DNA from: an uncultured Bacilli bacterium
Lineage (GTDB): Bacteria > Bacillota_I > Bacilli_A > RF39 > UBA660
DNA: 64,000 nucleotides
Assembly: GCA_934167485.1 (NCBI GenBank)
Contig: CAKPKL010000002.1
Location: 16,422 to 80,421 of the forward strand
Reading direction: 5' to 3'
Shown: positions 1 to 11,272 of the stretch, in pieces
Position numbering within the stretch: the stretch's first letter is position 1
Layout of the letters: every line of letters starts with the position of its first letter
Position numbers and translations under genes: made by a program
Notes under the pieces: generated by a model
What the model saw: the letters and a program-made list of their open reading frames with translations, nothing else
The model's database searches: none
What the model was told of the DNA's origin: nothing

Positions 1-525
1 AACTGCATTAGAAGCAAAATTTTTATAAATATTATTAATTAATTCTTTTATTATAACTGTCTTACCTACTCCTGCACCACCTAAAAGTCCTAGTTTAAAA
101 CCTTTTTGGATTGGTGAGAAGAAATCAATTACTTTAATGCCTGTCCAAAGAATATTATCATCAACATTTATCTCTCCTAAATCAACTTTTCTGTTATAAA
201 CATTTCTTTTTACTTCTACCTGAACAGGATTATTATTTATTATTTTTCCATATGGACTAAATACTCTTCCTAAAATCTCATCTGAATATTGAATCTCTAA
301 TCCATTTTCTTTTTTTTGTAATTCAACACCTTTTTTTAAACCAATAACACTTTCAAAAGGAATTGTGGTCGCTATCATATCATTTATTTCAACAACTTCA
401 AAAGATCTTTCTTCTCCGTTTAAATTAGTATATAAAACATCGTTAATTTTGATATCGTTATTATTAATTAAAACTTTAACATTAAGATCTGAAATTGCGA
501 CTATTTTACCTACACTATTATTCAC
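1..525 (-). CDS. atpD: F1-ATPase beta-subunit-like protein, N-terminal ~175 codons (3' end lies beyond the window start)
   Basis: Not in the ORF track because it is truncated. My minus-strand translation from GTG (525..523) reads VNNSVGKIVAISDLNVKVL...ILWTGIKVIDFFSPIQKGFKLGLLGGAGVGKTVIIKELINNI. The Walker A GGAGVGKT sits in the typical beta context (TGIKVIDxxxPxxKGxKxGLFGGAGVGKT). An in-frame TAA 8 codons upstream leaves GTG as the first possible start. The purine tract AAAGGGAAGAG lies just upstream. The start is 4 nt after the gamma-like stop. Confidence 0.85.
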   Translation of the reverse strand, partial: MNNSVGKIVAISDLNVKVLINNNDIKINDVLYTNLNGEERSFEVVEINDMIATTIPFESVIGLKKGVELQKKENGLEIQYSDEILGRVFSPYGKIINNNPVQVEVKRNVYNRKVDLGEINVDDNILWTGIKVIDFFSPIQKGFKLGLLGGAGVGKTVIIKELINNIYKNFASNAV

Positions 526-529
526 ACTA

Positions 530-1318
530 TCACTCTTCCCTTTCTCTTATATGATTAGAATTTTCTATTATCTTTTTAAATGCTTTATTCTTTTTTTCTT
601 TTCTAATCATTGTTTCCTTTTCTTCTTCTATTTTTTCTATTTTATCTAATGATTCTTTCGTTACAAGTTGTCTCATTACATTTTCTGCGGCCCAACTACT
701 TGCCTCAGCTATTTCTATTTCATAACCTATATAAAGAGAAACTAAATTTATTAATATTTCATTAATGTTTCCCTCAACTACAAAGTCATCACTGTATTTT
801 TTTTCTTGATTTTCACTTAAAGGTTCAATAGGAAAAATTACTTTTTCAACCAAACCTAACTTATTTACATTATAATAATGATTATATACAACTTTTATAT
901 TACTATATTTAAAATTAATTAAACTGTCCAATAAATAATTATTGATATCTGCTACACCTGCATAAAAACTATCTTTATCCATAAACTTTATTACATTTGT
1001 AGCCAAATTGGCATTTATTTTTTTACCTATTAATATTTTATCATTTTCTTTATCATGTTTTAATTTATCATTTACTGCAGTATTAAAGTTAGAACAAAAT
1101 CCATAATCATTACCTATATAAATAACCAAATCTTTTTTATCTTTAGGTGGTATTAAACTTTTTTTATCCAATAAGAAATTCCTATTATTTAAAATAGTAT
1201 CAATCATACTATGAAGTTCTTTTTCATACTCATTTAATCTTTCAGCTTTTTTTCTTGCTGAATTAACTCTAAGTAATGAGTGGAAATTCATGATTTTTAC
1301 TACACTCTTAACCTTCAT
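530..1318 (-). CDS. atpG: F1-ATPase gamma-subunit-like protein (short, ~262 aa)
   Basis: The ORF track gives 530..1342. The gene lies between the alpha-like and beta-like genes. The N-terminal helix MKVKSVVKIMNFHSLLRVNSARKKAE resembles the canonical gamma N-terminus (IKSVKNTxKITKAMxMVAAAKLRRA). I prefer the ATG at 1318 (AAAGAGG 6 nt upstream, 11-nt overlap with the alpha stop) over 1342. Confidence 0.7.
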   Translation of the reverse strand: MKVKSVVKIMNFHSLLRVNSARKKAERLNEYEKELHSMIDTILNNRNFLLDKKSLIPPKDKKDLVIYIGNDYGFCSNFNTAVNDKLKHDKENDKILIGKKINANLATNVIKFMDKDSFYAGVADINNYLLDSLINFKYSNIKVVYNHYYNVNKLGLVEKVIFPIEPLSENQEKKYSDDFVVEGNINEILINLVSLYIGYEIEIAEASSWAAENVMRQLVTKESLDKIEKIEEEKETMIRKEKKNKAFKKIIENSNHIREREE

Positions 1319-2642
1319 TATTAGCCTCTTTAGCAAATTCAAATTCAGATATTATTTGCTCTTTAGTTTTAGGAGAAAATTTATTTTGATTCAATAATTC
1401 AACAATTTTTTTACCTTCTATAAATTTATTTTTTAAATTATCTCCCATTTCATCCATATTAGCAAATTGATATACATCTTGTGTTTCCAAGAAACTTAAT
1501 AGTTTTAAACGTACATTAGCACCCAATTTTTTTATTTCTGGACTTTGAACTGCTCCACCTAAACGTGATACAGATAATCCATAATCAATCGCAGGTTTTT
1601 GACCTTTATTAAATAGTTTTGTTGAAAGATATATTTGTCCATCTGTTATAGAGATTACATTAGTTGTAATATAATCAGTCATATCTTCACCTTTTGTTTC
1701 AATGATAGGTAATATTGTAATTGAACCTCCATCTTTGTGTTGACAACCCTTTTCTAGTAATCTAGAATGTGTATAAAATATATCTGCTGGATAAGCATCT
1801 CTACCAGGTGTTTTACCAGAGATTAAACTTATTTCCCTGTATGCTTCAGCATGTCGCTTCAAGTCATCAATAACAACTAATACATCAAAATGATTTTTCA
1901 TATAAACTTCTGCTATTGATAAAGCTGCATAGGGTGTTAAAGATAATACTGGAGGATTATCATCATTAAAAGCTGCTACTATAATAGTATAAGAAAGAGC
2001 TCCTCTTTTTTGTAACTCAGTATATATACTTTTTACTTCTTTTTTTGTCTTACCTATTGCTACATAAATACATAACATCTTTTTATTTCTTTGATTTACA
2101 ATAACATCTAAGCACATTTGTGTTTTACCTGTTTTTTTATCTCCAACAATTAATTGTCTTTGTCCTTTACCAATTGGATATATTAAATCAATTCCAGCTA
2201 TACCAGTTTCAAGTGGTCTATTTACTCTACCTCTATCCATAATTGATACAGCTTTGTTCTCTATATTAATTTTAACTAAATTTTCAAATTTTTCTTGAGT
2301 ATATAAATCATTACCAAACATGTCTATTATTCTACCAACAAATTGATTAGAAAAATATGTCTTTAAACTTTCTCCAGTTGAGTATACTTTATCATTAATC
2401 TTAATTTTCTGACTAGTTTTTAAAACTGCTACTATAACTGAATTTTCTAGAATACCATTAACATATCCTATTCCATAATCACCTATATTAACTCTTTCAA
2501 AAAATGATAAATTTTCTAATCCAGTTACTTCTATTATAAAATTAGTAACCTTAACTACTCTTCCACACTCATAGACATTTTCTTGTTTATTAATTTTATT
2601 AATTTTATTATCTAAATACTCATTAATATAGTTATCCACCAT
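1308..2642 (-). CDS. atpA: F1-ATPase alpha-subunit-like protein (444 aa, C-terminally short)
   Basis: Walker A is GDKKTGKT (canonical alpha GDRQTGKT). Walker B region is VLVVIDDLKRHAEAYREISL. LSVSRLGGAVQ matches SVSRVGGAAQ. RBS AAAGGATGTGAT precedes the ATG at 2642. Only ~78 aa follow the SVSR motif, against roughly 140 in canonical alphas (from memory). Confidence 0.85.
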   Translation of the reverse strand: MVDNYINEYLDNKINKINKQENVYECGRVVKVTNFIIEVTGLENLSFFERVNIGDYGIGYVNGILENSVIVAVLKTSQKIKINDKVYSTGESLKTYFSNQFVGRIIDMFGNDLYTQEKFENLVKINIENKAVSIMDRGRVNRPLETGIAGIDLIYPIGKGQRQLIVGDKKTGKTQMCLDVIVNQRNKKMLCIYVAIGKTKKEVKSIYTELQKRGALSYTIIVAAFNDDNPPVLSLTPYAALSIAEVYMKNHFDVLVVIDDLKRHAEAYREISLISGKTPGRDAYPADIFYTHSRLLEKGCQHKDGGSITILPIIETKGEDMTDYITTNVISITDGQIYLSTKLFNKGQKPAIDYGLSVSRLGGAVQSPEIKKLGANVRLKLLSFLETQDVYQFANMDEMGDNLKNKFIEGKKIVELLNQNKFSPKTKEQIISEFEFAKEANNEG

Positions 2643-2659
2643 ATCACATCCTTTTTATT

Positions 2660-3409
2660 CTATATACTATAATCATAAATAATTCCTTTATAATTAATCT
2701 TTATTCCTTCATTTATACTTTTATCATATACCGTTTTTATCTTATCAGATAAATAATCAAAGTTTTTATTTTTTTGACCCACATATACATAAACAGTAGG
2801 ATCATTTTTTTCTATAAATATATCTAAAGATGTAATAAATCTATTTATCTTTATTTTATTTAAATTAATTAATTTACTTACCAATTTATATTCTTCATCA
2901 CTTAAGAATTCTTTAATATATTTTTTTTGTTCTTCTAATCTTAATCCCATAATTTTATAAACAACATCATCTGTAAATTTTTTTCTAATTTCTAAAGCTG
3001 CTTTATAATTTATATTATCTACAGTTAATTTATTATTAATAAAATTACTAACTATTTTTTCATAATCAAGACTAAATTTTTCTTTTATATCTTTATATTT
3101 TTTAAATAAACTTTGATCTTCGTATTTTGGTATAGTAAAATCATTATAATACACTTTAGATTCTTCTTCTGGTTCAAATGTCCCTATTTTCTTTAATTCA
3201 CTTAATTCCTTTTTACTCTGTTCTATTTCATTATTTAATTCATCTATTTTTTTCTTTTTCTCTTCTATCAAATAATCATAATCTTGAAGTTTATCTACAA
3301 AATACTTTTTTGTATTATAATCAATTCTTTTTACCGTACTACGAAGTGCGAAAAATAATATTGCGATTAATAATAAAGAGATTAAAACTGCTACTATATA
3401 TATTTGCAT
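2660..3409 (-). CDS. Peripheral-stalk-like protein: N-terminal TM helix, charged coiled coil, and a C-terminal domain with a delta/OSCP-like ending (possible b-delta fusion)
   Basis: Sequence: MQIYIVAVLISLLLIAILFFAL (TM), then the KKKKIDELNNEIEQSKKELSELKK coiled coil. The C-terminus DKSINEGIKINYKGIIYDYSI resembles the delta C-terminal pattern D.sliGG..v.vGd.viD.S. The gene occupies the atpF/atpH slot between the c-like and alpha-like genes. The start is 1 nt after the c-like stop. Confidence 0.5.
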   Translation of the reverse strand: MQIYIVAVLISLLLIAILFFALRSTVKRIDYNTKKYFVDKLQDYDYLIEEKKKKIDELNNEIEQSKKELSELKKIGTFEPEEESKVYYNDFTIPKYEDQSLFKKYKDIKEKFSLDYEKIVSNFINNKLTVDNINYKAALEIRKKFTDDVVYKIMGLRLEEQKKYIKEFLSDEEYKLVSKLINLNKIKINRFITSLDIFIEKNDPTVYVYVGQKNKNFDYLSDKIKTVYDKSINEGIKINYKGIIYDYSI

Positions 3410-3410
3410 A

Positions 3411-5088
<1,678 letters not shown>

Positions 5089-5108
5089 ATAAAATTTCTC
5101 CTTTCTTT

Positions 5109-8100
5109 TTATTTAGCAACTTGCGCAATAAGTTCTCTTGTTTGTGTAGAACTATTATAACTATATATATTTGCAGCAATAGATTTAGGTTCTGTTCCAA
5201 CTCTATCTTCGTATTTTAAAAGTGTTAAAAAATTTGATGAATCGTCAGAAGTGAAAATTATATTATTTTCTTGATCTAAATCTACATTAGAATATGTATA
5301 AGAATATGTACTACCATTCGTATACGTCACAGTGTAATCTATTATAGCAATTTTCGCCTTTGTTTCTGGGTTTGGATTTGCCATTCTTAAAATATAGTAT
5401 TTACCTACAGGTGGTAATATCTCCAAATTCAAATCAGAAATACTATTTATTTTTACGTCTTTAGAAAAAGATAAAACTCCTGTACTATTAATTGTACAAT
5501 AATTGATTACATAAGTATATTCGCCATTACTTGTAAAAAATTTAGTAAGATCTAGTTTAGTAGTTAGTTTGTCAAATCCAATAGGAGTATATCCAATTAC
5601 TGCTCCATCACTTTTTTGAATAATTTTAAAATGATAAACATTTGGTGCTGGATTTGGATCATATGCAGAACTTGGAAAATATGCTTTTATATCTTTAGCA
5701 CCTTTAGGAACTTCATAATTATCACATGGTTCTAATACACCATCTACATCATTAACTGTCAAATCAACAGTTGTTAGTCTACTTGAAATTCCTACTTCTG
5801 GAGAGTTATTTTTTATATTGAAAAGTTTAAGTGGATTCAATTCAAAACTTTCTAACTCTATTTCTTCAGTTGAAGATTTTACAAAAGGTTTTATTATAGC
5901 TTTAAAGTTTCCATCCATTGTACTAACGTTACCACCATCATCTATTATTTTTGTTATTATATTTAAAGTTTTAGAATTGGTTGATACATTATTTACAGGT
6001 GTCTCAACTACGAAATAATCTTCAGTTTCTCCTATGTCAGTATTAGGATTATAATTTTTTATTAAAAATTCGTTCCCTGACTCATTAACTAAATATAATC
6101 TATATGCCAAAATTTCATCATCAAGTAATTTATAATATTTTGAATAAACATTGAAACTATAATCAAGATTTTTTGTGAATTTCAGTTCATTATTACTATT
6201 AAAATTCCAATATTTAGTTGAATATGTAGCATTTTTATTATTTAAAGTTAAATTGCTAATTGTATGAATTGGGTTATTTTGTACTTTATAGCCTGAATAA
6301 TAGAAATAATCTTCAGTATTATTTAATGTATATACTAGTGAATAATAATAATATTTTGGGTCACTCGCTTCTCTTTGTAAATTGTTTAAATTGATAATAT
6401 ATTTTTTTGTGTTAGTATCATCAGAAGTGGTTATTGTTGCACTCTCTTGTATACCTTCTTTTGTAGTAACTTCTTTTTTTATCAAATCTACAGATAAAAT
6501 TTCATTTTTAGCGGAATCTGTTAAAGAAAACTTTAGAGTGTTATTTGAATTATTATTATTTATTCGTTCTAAATTTTCATTACTAATTTCAAATGTAATT
6601 TCTGCACCATTTGTCCTATAACTAACAACTCTATCTGTTAACTCCATGACTTTATTATAATCCAATTGATAAAAATCTTTATAATCACCAGTTGTATTTA
6701 CATTCTTATTATTAAAATCAACATCATAAGCTATTATACTTGACATTTCAGCTTCATTAGCATGTATTAGTATATTATTAAATCTTCGTCCAATCCATTT
6801 TGTATCAGATGATGATGAATTATATTCATTTAAAGAAGTTTCAAATTCGCCATTATATTGATATTGTTTATACTTTCCTGACTCATTTGATGTAGAATAT
6901 ATATCTGTAGAAAGAATACCTCTAAATTCTCCATCACTCCTTAAATAACTATTTATATCTTGACTATCTGCCCTTTTTATAAATAAAGCTTCTGAATTAT
7001 CGCTATTAATTTTACCACTATCATATACTATTGAAAATGATGGTATAAAAACATTTTTTTCATCTTGTGAAGTTTTTATTCCATAATATTCAAATAAGTT
7101 AGATGAAATTGAAACATTATAATGATTATCATTTTTAATAAATTGGGTATATTTTTGGCCAATTTTTAAACCGAAAATGTTTGCATCACCTAAATTTTTA
7201 TTGACATAACAAGGAGTAGTATCTTCTCCAATAGCACCAAAGCTTTTGCAATATGCTTCGTCAAATGGTAAATCTATGTTTACTTTTCCATCTGAACTGC
7301 TAATAACAACATTAAGATTTTCTAATGATTTAATACTTTCTACCTCATCTTCATATATTGTATTGACAACTTCTCCTTGACCTCTATTCTCTAAAATGTT
7401 TAATTTAAATCTTTTGAAACTTTTTGCCAATATACTAAAATTTTGAATGCCATTCTCTAAGTTTATTGATTGTTTTTCTTCGCTATTAGCAATAACTTTA
7501 AGTGTTTTTGCAGCATTATCAGGATCATCTTTTTGAATTTGAAATTTAATATTTTCACCATCATACTCTTTTATGTACCCTTTAATTTTTGCAGCTTGTT
7601 TAAGTGAAAATAAACTTATATATTTTACTTTTCCATCTATTTCTTCTTCTTTTTCATTAAGATATGTAGAAATACCTTTTAAGCAATAATACTTACCTCT
7701 AGAAAGTTCTTGCTTCTCCATATTGATAAATAATTTTATATCATTATCTTTATCTGTTATTGTTTTATTCCCTGACGTTATCGATGTTTTCCCTTGTATT
7801 GATGTTTCTTCTGTACATTCCTCCGATTCGTAAATTTCATATTTAAAGCTATTTATCGATTGTCCTTTTGTACTCTTTATTGGTTTAATTTCTAAATCAT
7901 ATCCTACTATTGTATCATCATCCAAATCTTTGTTTTTATTACAATCATTTGAGTCACATGATGAATTTGGAACTTCTACTGCTTTTATCTCAAAATCAGG
8001 AATATTATCAATAATATTTAATTTAAAACTATTTGTATCCTCGTATTTTTTTTCATCTCGATCTTCAACTTCAGTTTCTTCTTGTTTTAATCTAATAGGA

Positions 8101-10694
8101 ATTTCATAGTTTTTTGTAGAAATAGATTTAATTGCTACTTTATAATATTGTCCTTCTTCCAAATCATAATTATCATTTCGATATGAGAATTCGGATGCTT
8201 TTAATTCTATTGATTCTCCATTTTTTATTGTTTCTAATTCATCACTTTGATTTTGAGTTTGTGGTACTGTTCTAGAAAAATTAGACAATGTCTCACATTC
8301 ATTAGATTGATTACATCTTTTCAATTCTAACTTCATATAACCTAAATTATCTCCCGATTCATAACTAACAGGTGTATCAGGATCAGAATTAAATGTTCTG
8401 TTAATTTTTAATTTAAAACCAAACATTTCATCAGTTAAATCTTGCGAATCTAAATTTTTATAAATTAAATACATAGGTGCTGGCTCAGCTGTTTTAACAA
8501 TTTCATATCCGATATAAGTAGCAGATGATGCTGTTTCTAAATAAACATTTAATATATATTCTGTATTTGGTTTTAATTCTTTTATATCCACAGGGAAAAC
8601 AAATTCGGTAGAATTTTGACTACCACTAACGTCTACTGAGAAACTTGTTGAATATGTCCCTATACCACTATTTTCTTTAAGTACAATTTTAAAACTTCTT
8701 ATATTATGCATAGAAATATATTGTTCTTCATCTAATATTTTTATCTGGCCACTAATTCTTTCAGAAGTTATTGCTGCCCCTTCTACAAATCCTATAACTT
8801 TTGGATATTTTATATTGCTTGTACTTATTATATTAGAATTATTTGATGTATAAATAATTGTTTTTTGATTATCATCGAACTCAACTGTAACAGAGAAATA
8901 ATATGATTGTCCTTGACCTAAATCATCTATACTTAACGTAACTGATTTATATTCATTTTGTGTTACTGTTTGTATTACTTCTTCGCTTTCAGTGCTATAT
9001 ATATTATATGTAATAGATTTAATACCATTATTGTTATCAATTAAATTATCTACTGATAGTTGTATAGTATTTTTTTGATTATCAAGTATTGCTTGTAATT
9101 TAGCACTCTCTACAGTCGGTTTTTGTTTTAATGTTTTTAATTTATGACTTATTGATAAATTTGGAATGTTTTCTGATGAGTACTCATCTGTATCATACTG
9201 TATTTTTGTAACTTTTAATTTATAATTTGAGTTAGAACGTAATGGTTCTTTTTCTTTCGTATTTTCTGAATTTGCAGTTGCATATACAATATTACTATTT
9301 TCATCGTAACTTGCTTTTGTTTCTTCTACAATAATTTGATCATCAGAATCAACGATTACATAACTAAAGGCTTTAACTTTTGAATAAGCATTTCTGTATA
9401 TTGCAAAAGATACAGTATCACTTGTTACATAATCCTCTGTAATCTCAAGTCCTATGTCAAGTGTTCTAAATATTTTAGATACAAAAGTTCTATCATAAAC
9501 AGTATCTTCTATTTTATATTGACCCTTAATATTAAGTGTGTATTCAGAATTTGGTTTTAGTTTTGTATAATAATTAATTGTATAAATTAAACTACCCTCA
9601 TCCCAGTCTTCTAAATTTTCTAGTACTGTTCCTGTAGAATTATCAACTAACTCTACTTGCCTATTTCCATAAAGTACACTAGATTTATCTTCTAATGTTA
9701 TTTTTAAATTTTCAAATCCTATAGATGTAACTTCCATACTTTCTACTGTAAAAGTAGGTTGAATAAAATTATCTTCATTGTCAACATTTTCTCCAGGAGT
9801 TACTAAATTACCTAATTGATCAGATATATCTATGTCATTTCCACCGTTATTTTGATTGTTACCTTGATTATTTCCTTGGTTACCTTGATTATTTTGATTA
9901 TTACCTTGATTATTGTCATCTGCTGGTGTGACTGGTAATTTTTCTTCTGGTAAAACTTCAATGTTATCATCTGCATTTATTACCATATCTGCCATAGTTA
10001 AATATTTTATATTATTTTTACTTATTGTCTTATATTCAAGATTTATTTTAATATTATCGGAAATAAGATATAAATTAGAAGCTATTGTTTGATACTCTGA
10101 TTCATCGTTATATAATTTAATAACATTTTTGTTTATATATTCTATTTCAACATAGTTTTTTAAACTAACTGTTTGACTATCAGAAAATGAAATAACAATA
10201 TTATCTGCTGCCATTAAATATTTTTTATCAGATATTTTAAATAATAATTTTTGAAAACTTAAGTTCTCATTTAAATTATTAATTTCATACCCTTTTGAGG
10301 TTTTTGTCAATATAGATTCAGAAAAAATATTATAATAAGATATTATTTTAGAATCTATATCTGTTAAATCAATTGCAACTCCATCTTTTAATGCCATTAT
10401 AGAGTTATTATTGTAATGAACAAAATTATCTTGAGTAACTACATTCTTTTTTCCATCAGAATTATTAAAACTGTATTCGTCATTAGCATGTTTTGTATAT
10501 TGTGCTTTAGCATCAAAATATATTTTGTTAATTTCACTATCATTATTTTTTTTATAAACATTGCTTATAATATATCCGCCATCTTGGAAATTCTTTATTG
10601 ATTCCTTTTTTGTATTTATAGCCAATATTAACCCTAATACTAACATTATCAAAGCGATTATTGTAATTATAATTATTTTAATTTTTGTTTTCAT
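5109..10694 (-). CDS. Giant membrane-anchored surface protein (1861 aa) with repeated FN3-like modules
   Basis: The ORF track gives 5109..10781. I prefer the ATG at 10694 (MKTKIKIIIITIIALIMLVLGLILAI is the TM; RBS AGGTGAG) because the upstream extension covers a promoter. It has the Gln/Asn/Gly linker NNQGNNQNNQGNQGNNQGNNQNNGGN. Recurrent FN3-like motifs are PNSEYTLNIKGQYK, SNSNYKLKVTKIQY, GQSYYFSVTVEFDD and PNTEYILNVYLE. Confidence 0.85.
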   Translation of the reverse strand: MKTKIKIIIITIIALIMLVLGLILAINTKKESIKNFQDGGYIISNVYKKNNDSEINKIYFDAKAQYTKHANDEYSFNNSDGKKNVVTQDNFVHYNNNSIMALKDGVAIDLTDIDSKIISYYNIFSESILTKTSKGYEINNLNENLSFQKLLFKISDKKYLMAADNIVISFSDSQTVSLKNYVEIEYINKNVIKLYNDESEYQTIASNLYLISDNIKINLEYKTISKNNIKYLTMADMVINADDNIEVLPEEKLPVTPADDNNQGNNQNNQGNQGNNQGNNQNNGGNDIDISDQLGNLVTPGENVDNEDNFIQPTFTVESMEVTSIGFENLKITLEDKSSVLYGNRQVELVDNSTGTVLENLEDWDEGSLIYTINYYTKLKPNSEYTLNIKGQYKIEDTVYDRTFVSKIFRTLDIGLEITEDYVTSDTVSFAIYRNAYSKVKAFSYVIVDSDDQIIVEETKASYDENSNIVYATANSENTKEKEPLRSNSNYKLKVTKIQYDTDEYSSENIPNLSISHKLKTLKQKPTVESAKLQAILDNQKNTIQLSVDNLIDNNNGIKSITYNIYSTESEEVIQTVTQNEYKSVTLSIDDLGQGQSYYFSVTVEFDDNQKTIIYTSNNSNIISTSNIKYPKVIGFVEGAAITSERISGQIKILDEEQYISMHNIRSFKIVLKENSGIGTYSTSFSVDVSGSQNSTEFVFPVDIKELKPNTEYILNVYLETASSATYIGYEIVKTAEPAPMYLIYKNLDSQDLTDEMFGFKLKINRTFNSDPDTPVSYESGDNLGYMKLELKRCNQSNECETLSNFSRTVPQTQNQSDELETIKNGESIELKASEFSYRNDNYDLEEGQYYKVAIKSISTKNYEIPIRLKQEETEVEDRDEKKYEDTNSFKLNIIDNIPDFEIKAVEVPNSSCDSNDCNKNKDLDDDTIVGYDLEIKPIKSTKGQSINSFKYEIYESEECTEETSIQGKTSITSGNKTITDKDNDIKLFINMEKQELSRGKYYCLKGISTYLNEKEEEIDGKVKYISLFSLKQAAKIKGYIKEYDGENIKFQIQKDDPDNAAKTLKVIANSEEKQSINLENGIQNFSILAKSFKRFKLNILENRGQGEVVNTIYEDEVESIKSLENLNVVISSSDGKVNIDLPFDEAYCKSFGAIGEDTTPCYVNKNLGDANIFGLKIGQKYTQFIKNDNHYNVSISSNLFEYYGIKTSQDEKNVFIPSFSIVYDSGKINSDNSEALFIKRADSQDINSYLRSDGEFRGILSTDIYSTSNESGKYKQYQYNGEFETSLNEYNSSSSDTKWIGRRFNNILIHANEAEMSSIIAYDVDFNNKNVNTTGDYKDFYQLDYNKVMELTDRVVSYRTNGAEITFEISNENLERINNNNSNNTLKFSLTDSAKNEILSVDLIKKEVTTKEGIQESATITTSDDTNTKKYIINLNNLQREASDPKYYYYSLVYTLNNTEDYFYYSGYKVQNNPIHTISNLTLNNKNATYSTKYWNFNSNNELKFTKNLDYSFNVYSKYYKLLDDEILAYRLYLVNESGNEFLIKNYNPNTDIGETEDYFVVETPVNNVSTNSKTLNIITKIIDDGGNVSTMDGNFKAIIKPFVKSSTEEIELESFELNPLKLFNIKNNSPEVGISSRLTTVDLTVNDVDGVLEPCDNYEVPKGAKDIKAYFPSSAYDPNPAPNVYHFKIIQKSDGAVIGYTPIGFDKLTTKLDLTKFFTSNGEYTYVINYCTINSTGVLSFSKDVKINSISDLNLEILPPVGKYYILRMANPNPETKAKIAIIDYTVTYTNGSTYSYTYSNVDLDQENNIIFTSDDSSNFLTLLKYEDRVGTEPKSIAANIYSYNSSTQTRELIAQVAK

Positions 10695-10730
10695 AGTCTC
10701 ACCTACTCTTAAGTTTATACCTATATTATC

Positions 10731-10759
10731 ATTATATATGATTTTTTCTTTTTTTTCAA
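10731..10759 (-). promoter_or_regulatory. Sigma-A-type promoter TTGAAA-17 nt-TATAAT for the surface-protein/ATPase operon
   Basis: Minus strand reads TTGAAA (10759..10754), a 17-nt spacer, then TATAAT (10736..10731). It lies ~37 nt upstream of the ATG at 10694 and directly downstream of a terminator. Confidence 0.55.
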
Positions 10760-10778
10760 TATTTTTATTTGGATTTAA

Positions 10779-10806
10779 CAAAAAAAATCTAGAATTTTTC
10801 TAGATT
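10779..10806 (-). terminator. Rho-independent terminator after the 154-aa gene
   Basis: Stem AATCTAGAA / TTCTAGATT (10786..10794 and 10798..10806) with a 3-nt loop, followed on the minus strand by a T-run (plus-strand A-run 10779..10787). Confidence 0.7.
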
Positions 10807-10807
10807 T

Positions 10808-11272
10808 TTATTCGCAATAAACATAACTTCTAAGAATCCCTAAATAAGATGAATTTTCTTCTTTTAAAGCTGTAACAATTATATAATCTTTTTCCTTCAT
10901 TAATCCATATTTTAATGCATATTCTCCTATTTGTTCATTTAGTTTATCTATGTATTGATTTAAAAGATTATACTCTATTTTATCTAATTTATCTATTATT
11001 ACTATGAATTCATTAGTTTGCTCATTTACGCCAACTATATACTTATTTGCTTTACTATAGTCAATTGGTAAATAATTTGTTGCCTCACTATTTTCAATAA
11101 TAACAAATTGATCTTTATTAAAACTATTAATATCATTAAAAATATCTTCTATATTTATTTTTCCATAACAATTATTCTCTAAATTATTATTATTAATATT
11201 AACTATAAATATTAATATTGAAAGTATAAATATAAGAGTTAAAGGAATTAAATATTTTATATATTTTTTCAT
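10808..11272 (-). CDS. Small membrane-anchored protein (154 aa), translationally coupled to the giant gene
   Basis: N-terminal TM is YLIPLTLIFILSILIFIV. ATGA start/stop overlap with the 3032-aa gene (11269..11272). No motif recognised. Confidence 0.7.
   Translation of the reverse strand: MKKYIKYLIPLTLIFILSILIFIVNINNNNLENNCYGKINIEDIFNDINSFNKDQFVIIENSEATNYLPIDYSKANKYIVGVNEQTNEFIVIIDKLDKIEYNLLNQYIDKLNEQIGEYALKYGLMKEKDYIIVTALKEENSSYLGILRSYVYCE

Noticed and set aside
365-649. Numerous short plus-strand ORFs in the track, for example 365..649, 3178..3510, 4294..4536, 5818..6018, 10416..10803, 17286..17567, 21283..21806, 24013..24264, 26314..26547, 27514..27771, 27905..28427, 42012..42317, 45282..45542, 46021..46533, 51534..51773, 55765..55959, 57488..57697, 62150..62449 and 63259..63522.
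   Set aside because: All lie fully inside much longer minus-strand genes that have recognisable motifs. Their products are Ile/Leu/Phe/Ser-rich mirror translations typical of AT-rich antisense frames, and none has a convincing RBS.
10695-10781. N-terminal extensions proposed by the ORF track for several genes: 10781, 20424, 22906, 40277, 47195, 54552, 58834, 60435 and 63707.
   Set aside because: In each case an internal ATG is preceded by a much better Shine-Dalgarno sequence. That ATG begins the expected signal, TM or family N-terminus. The extensions overlap promoters or terminators, or start at TTG/GTG without an RBS.
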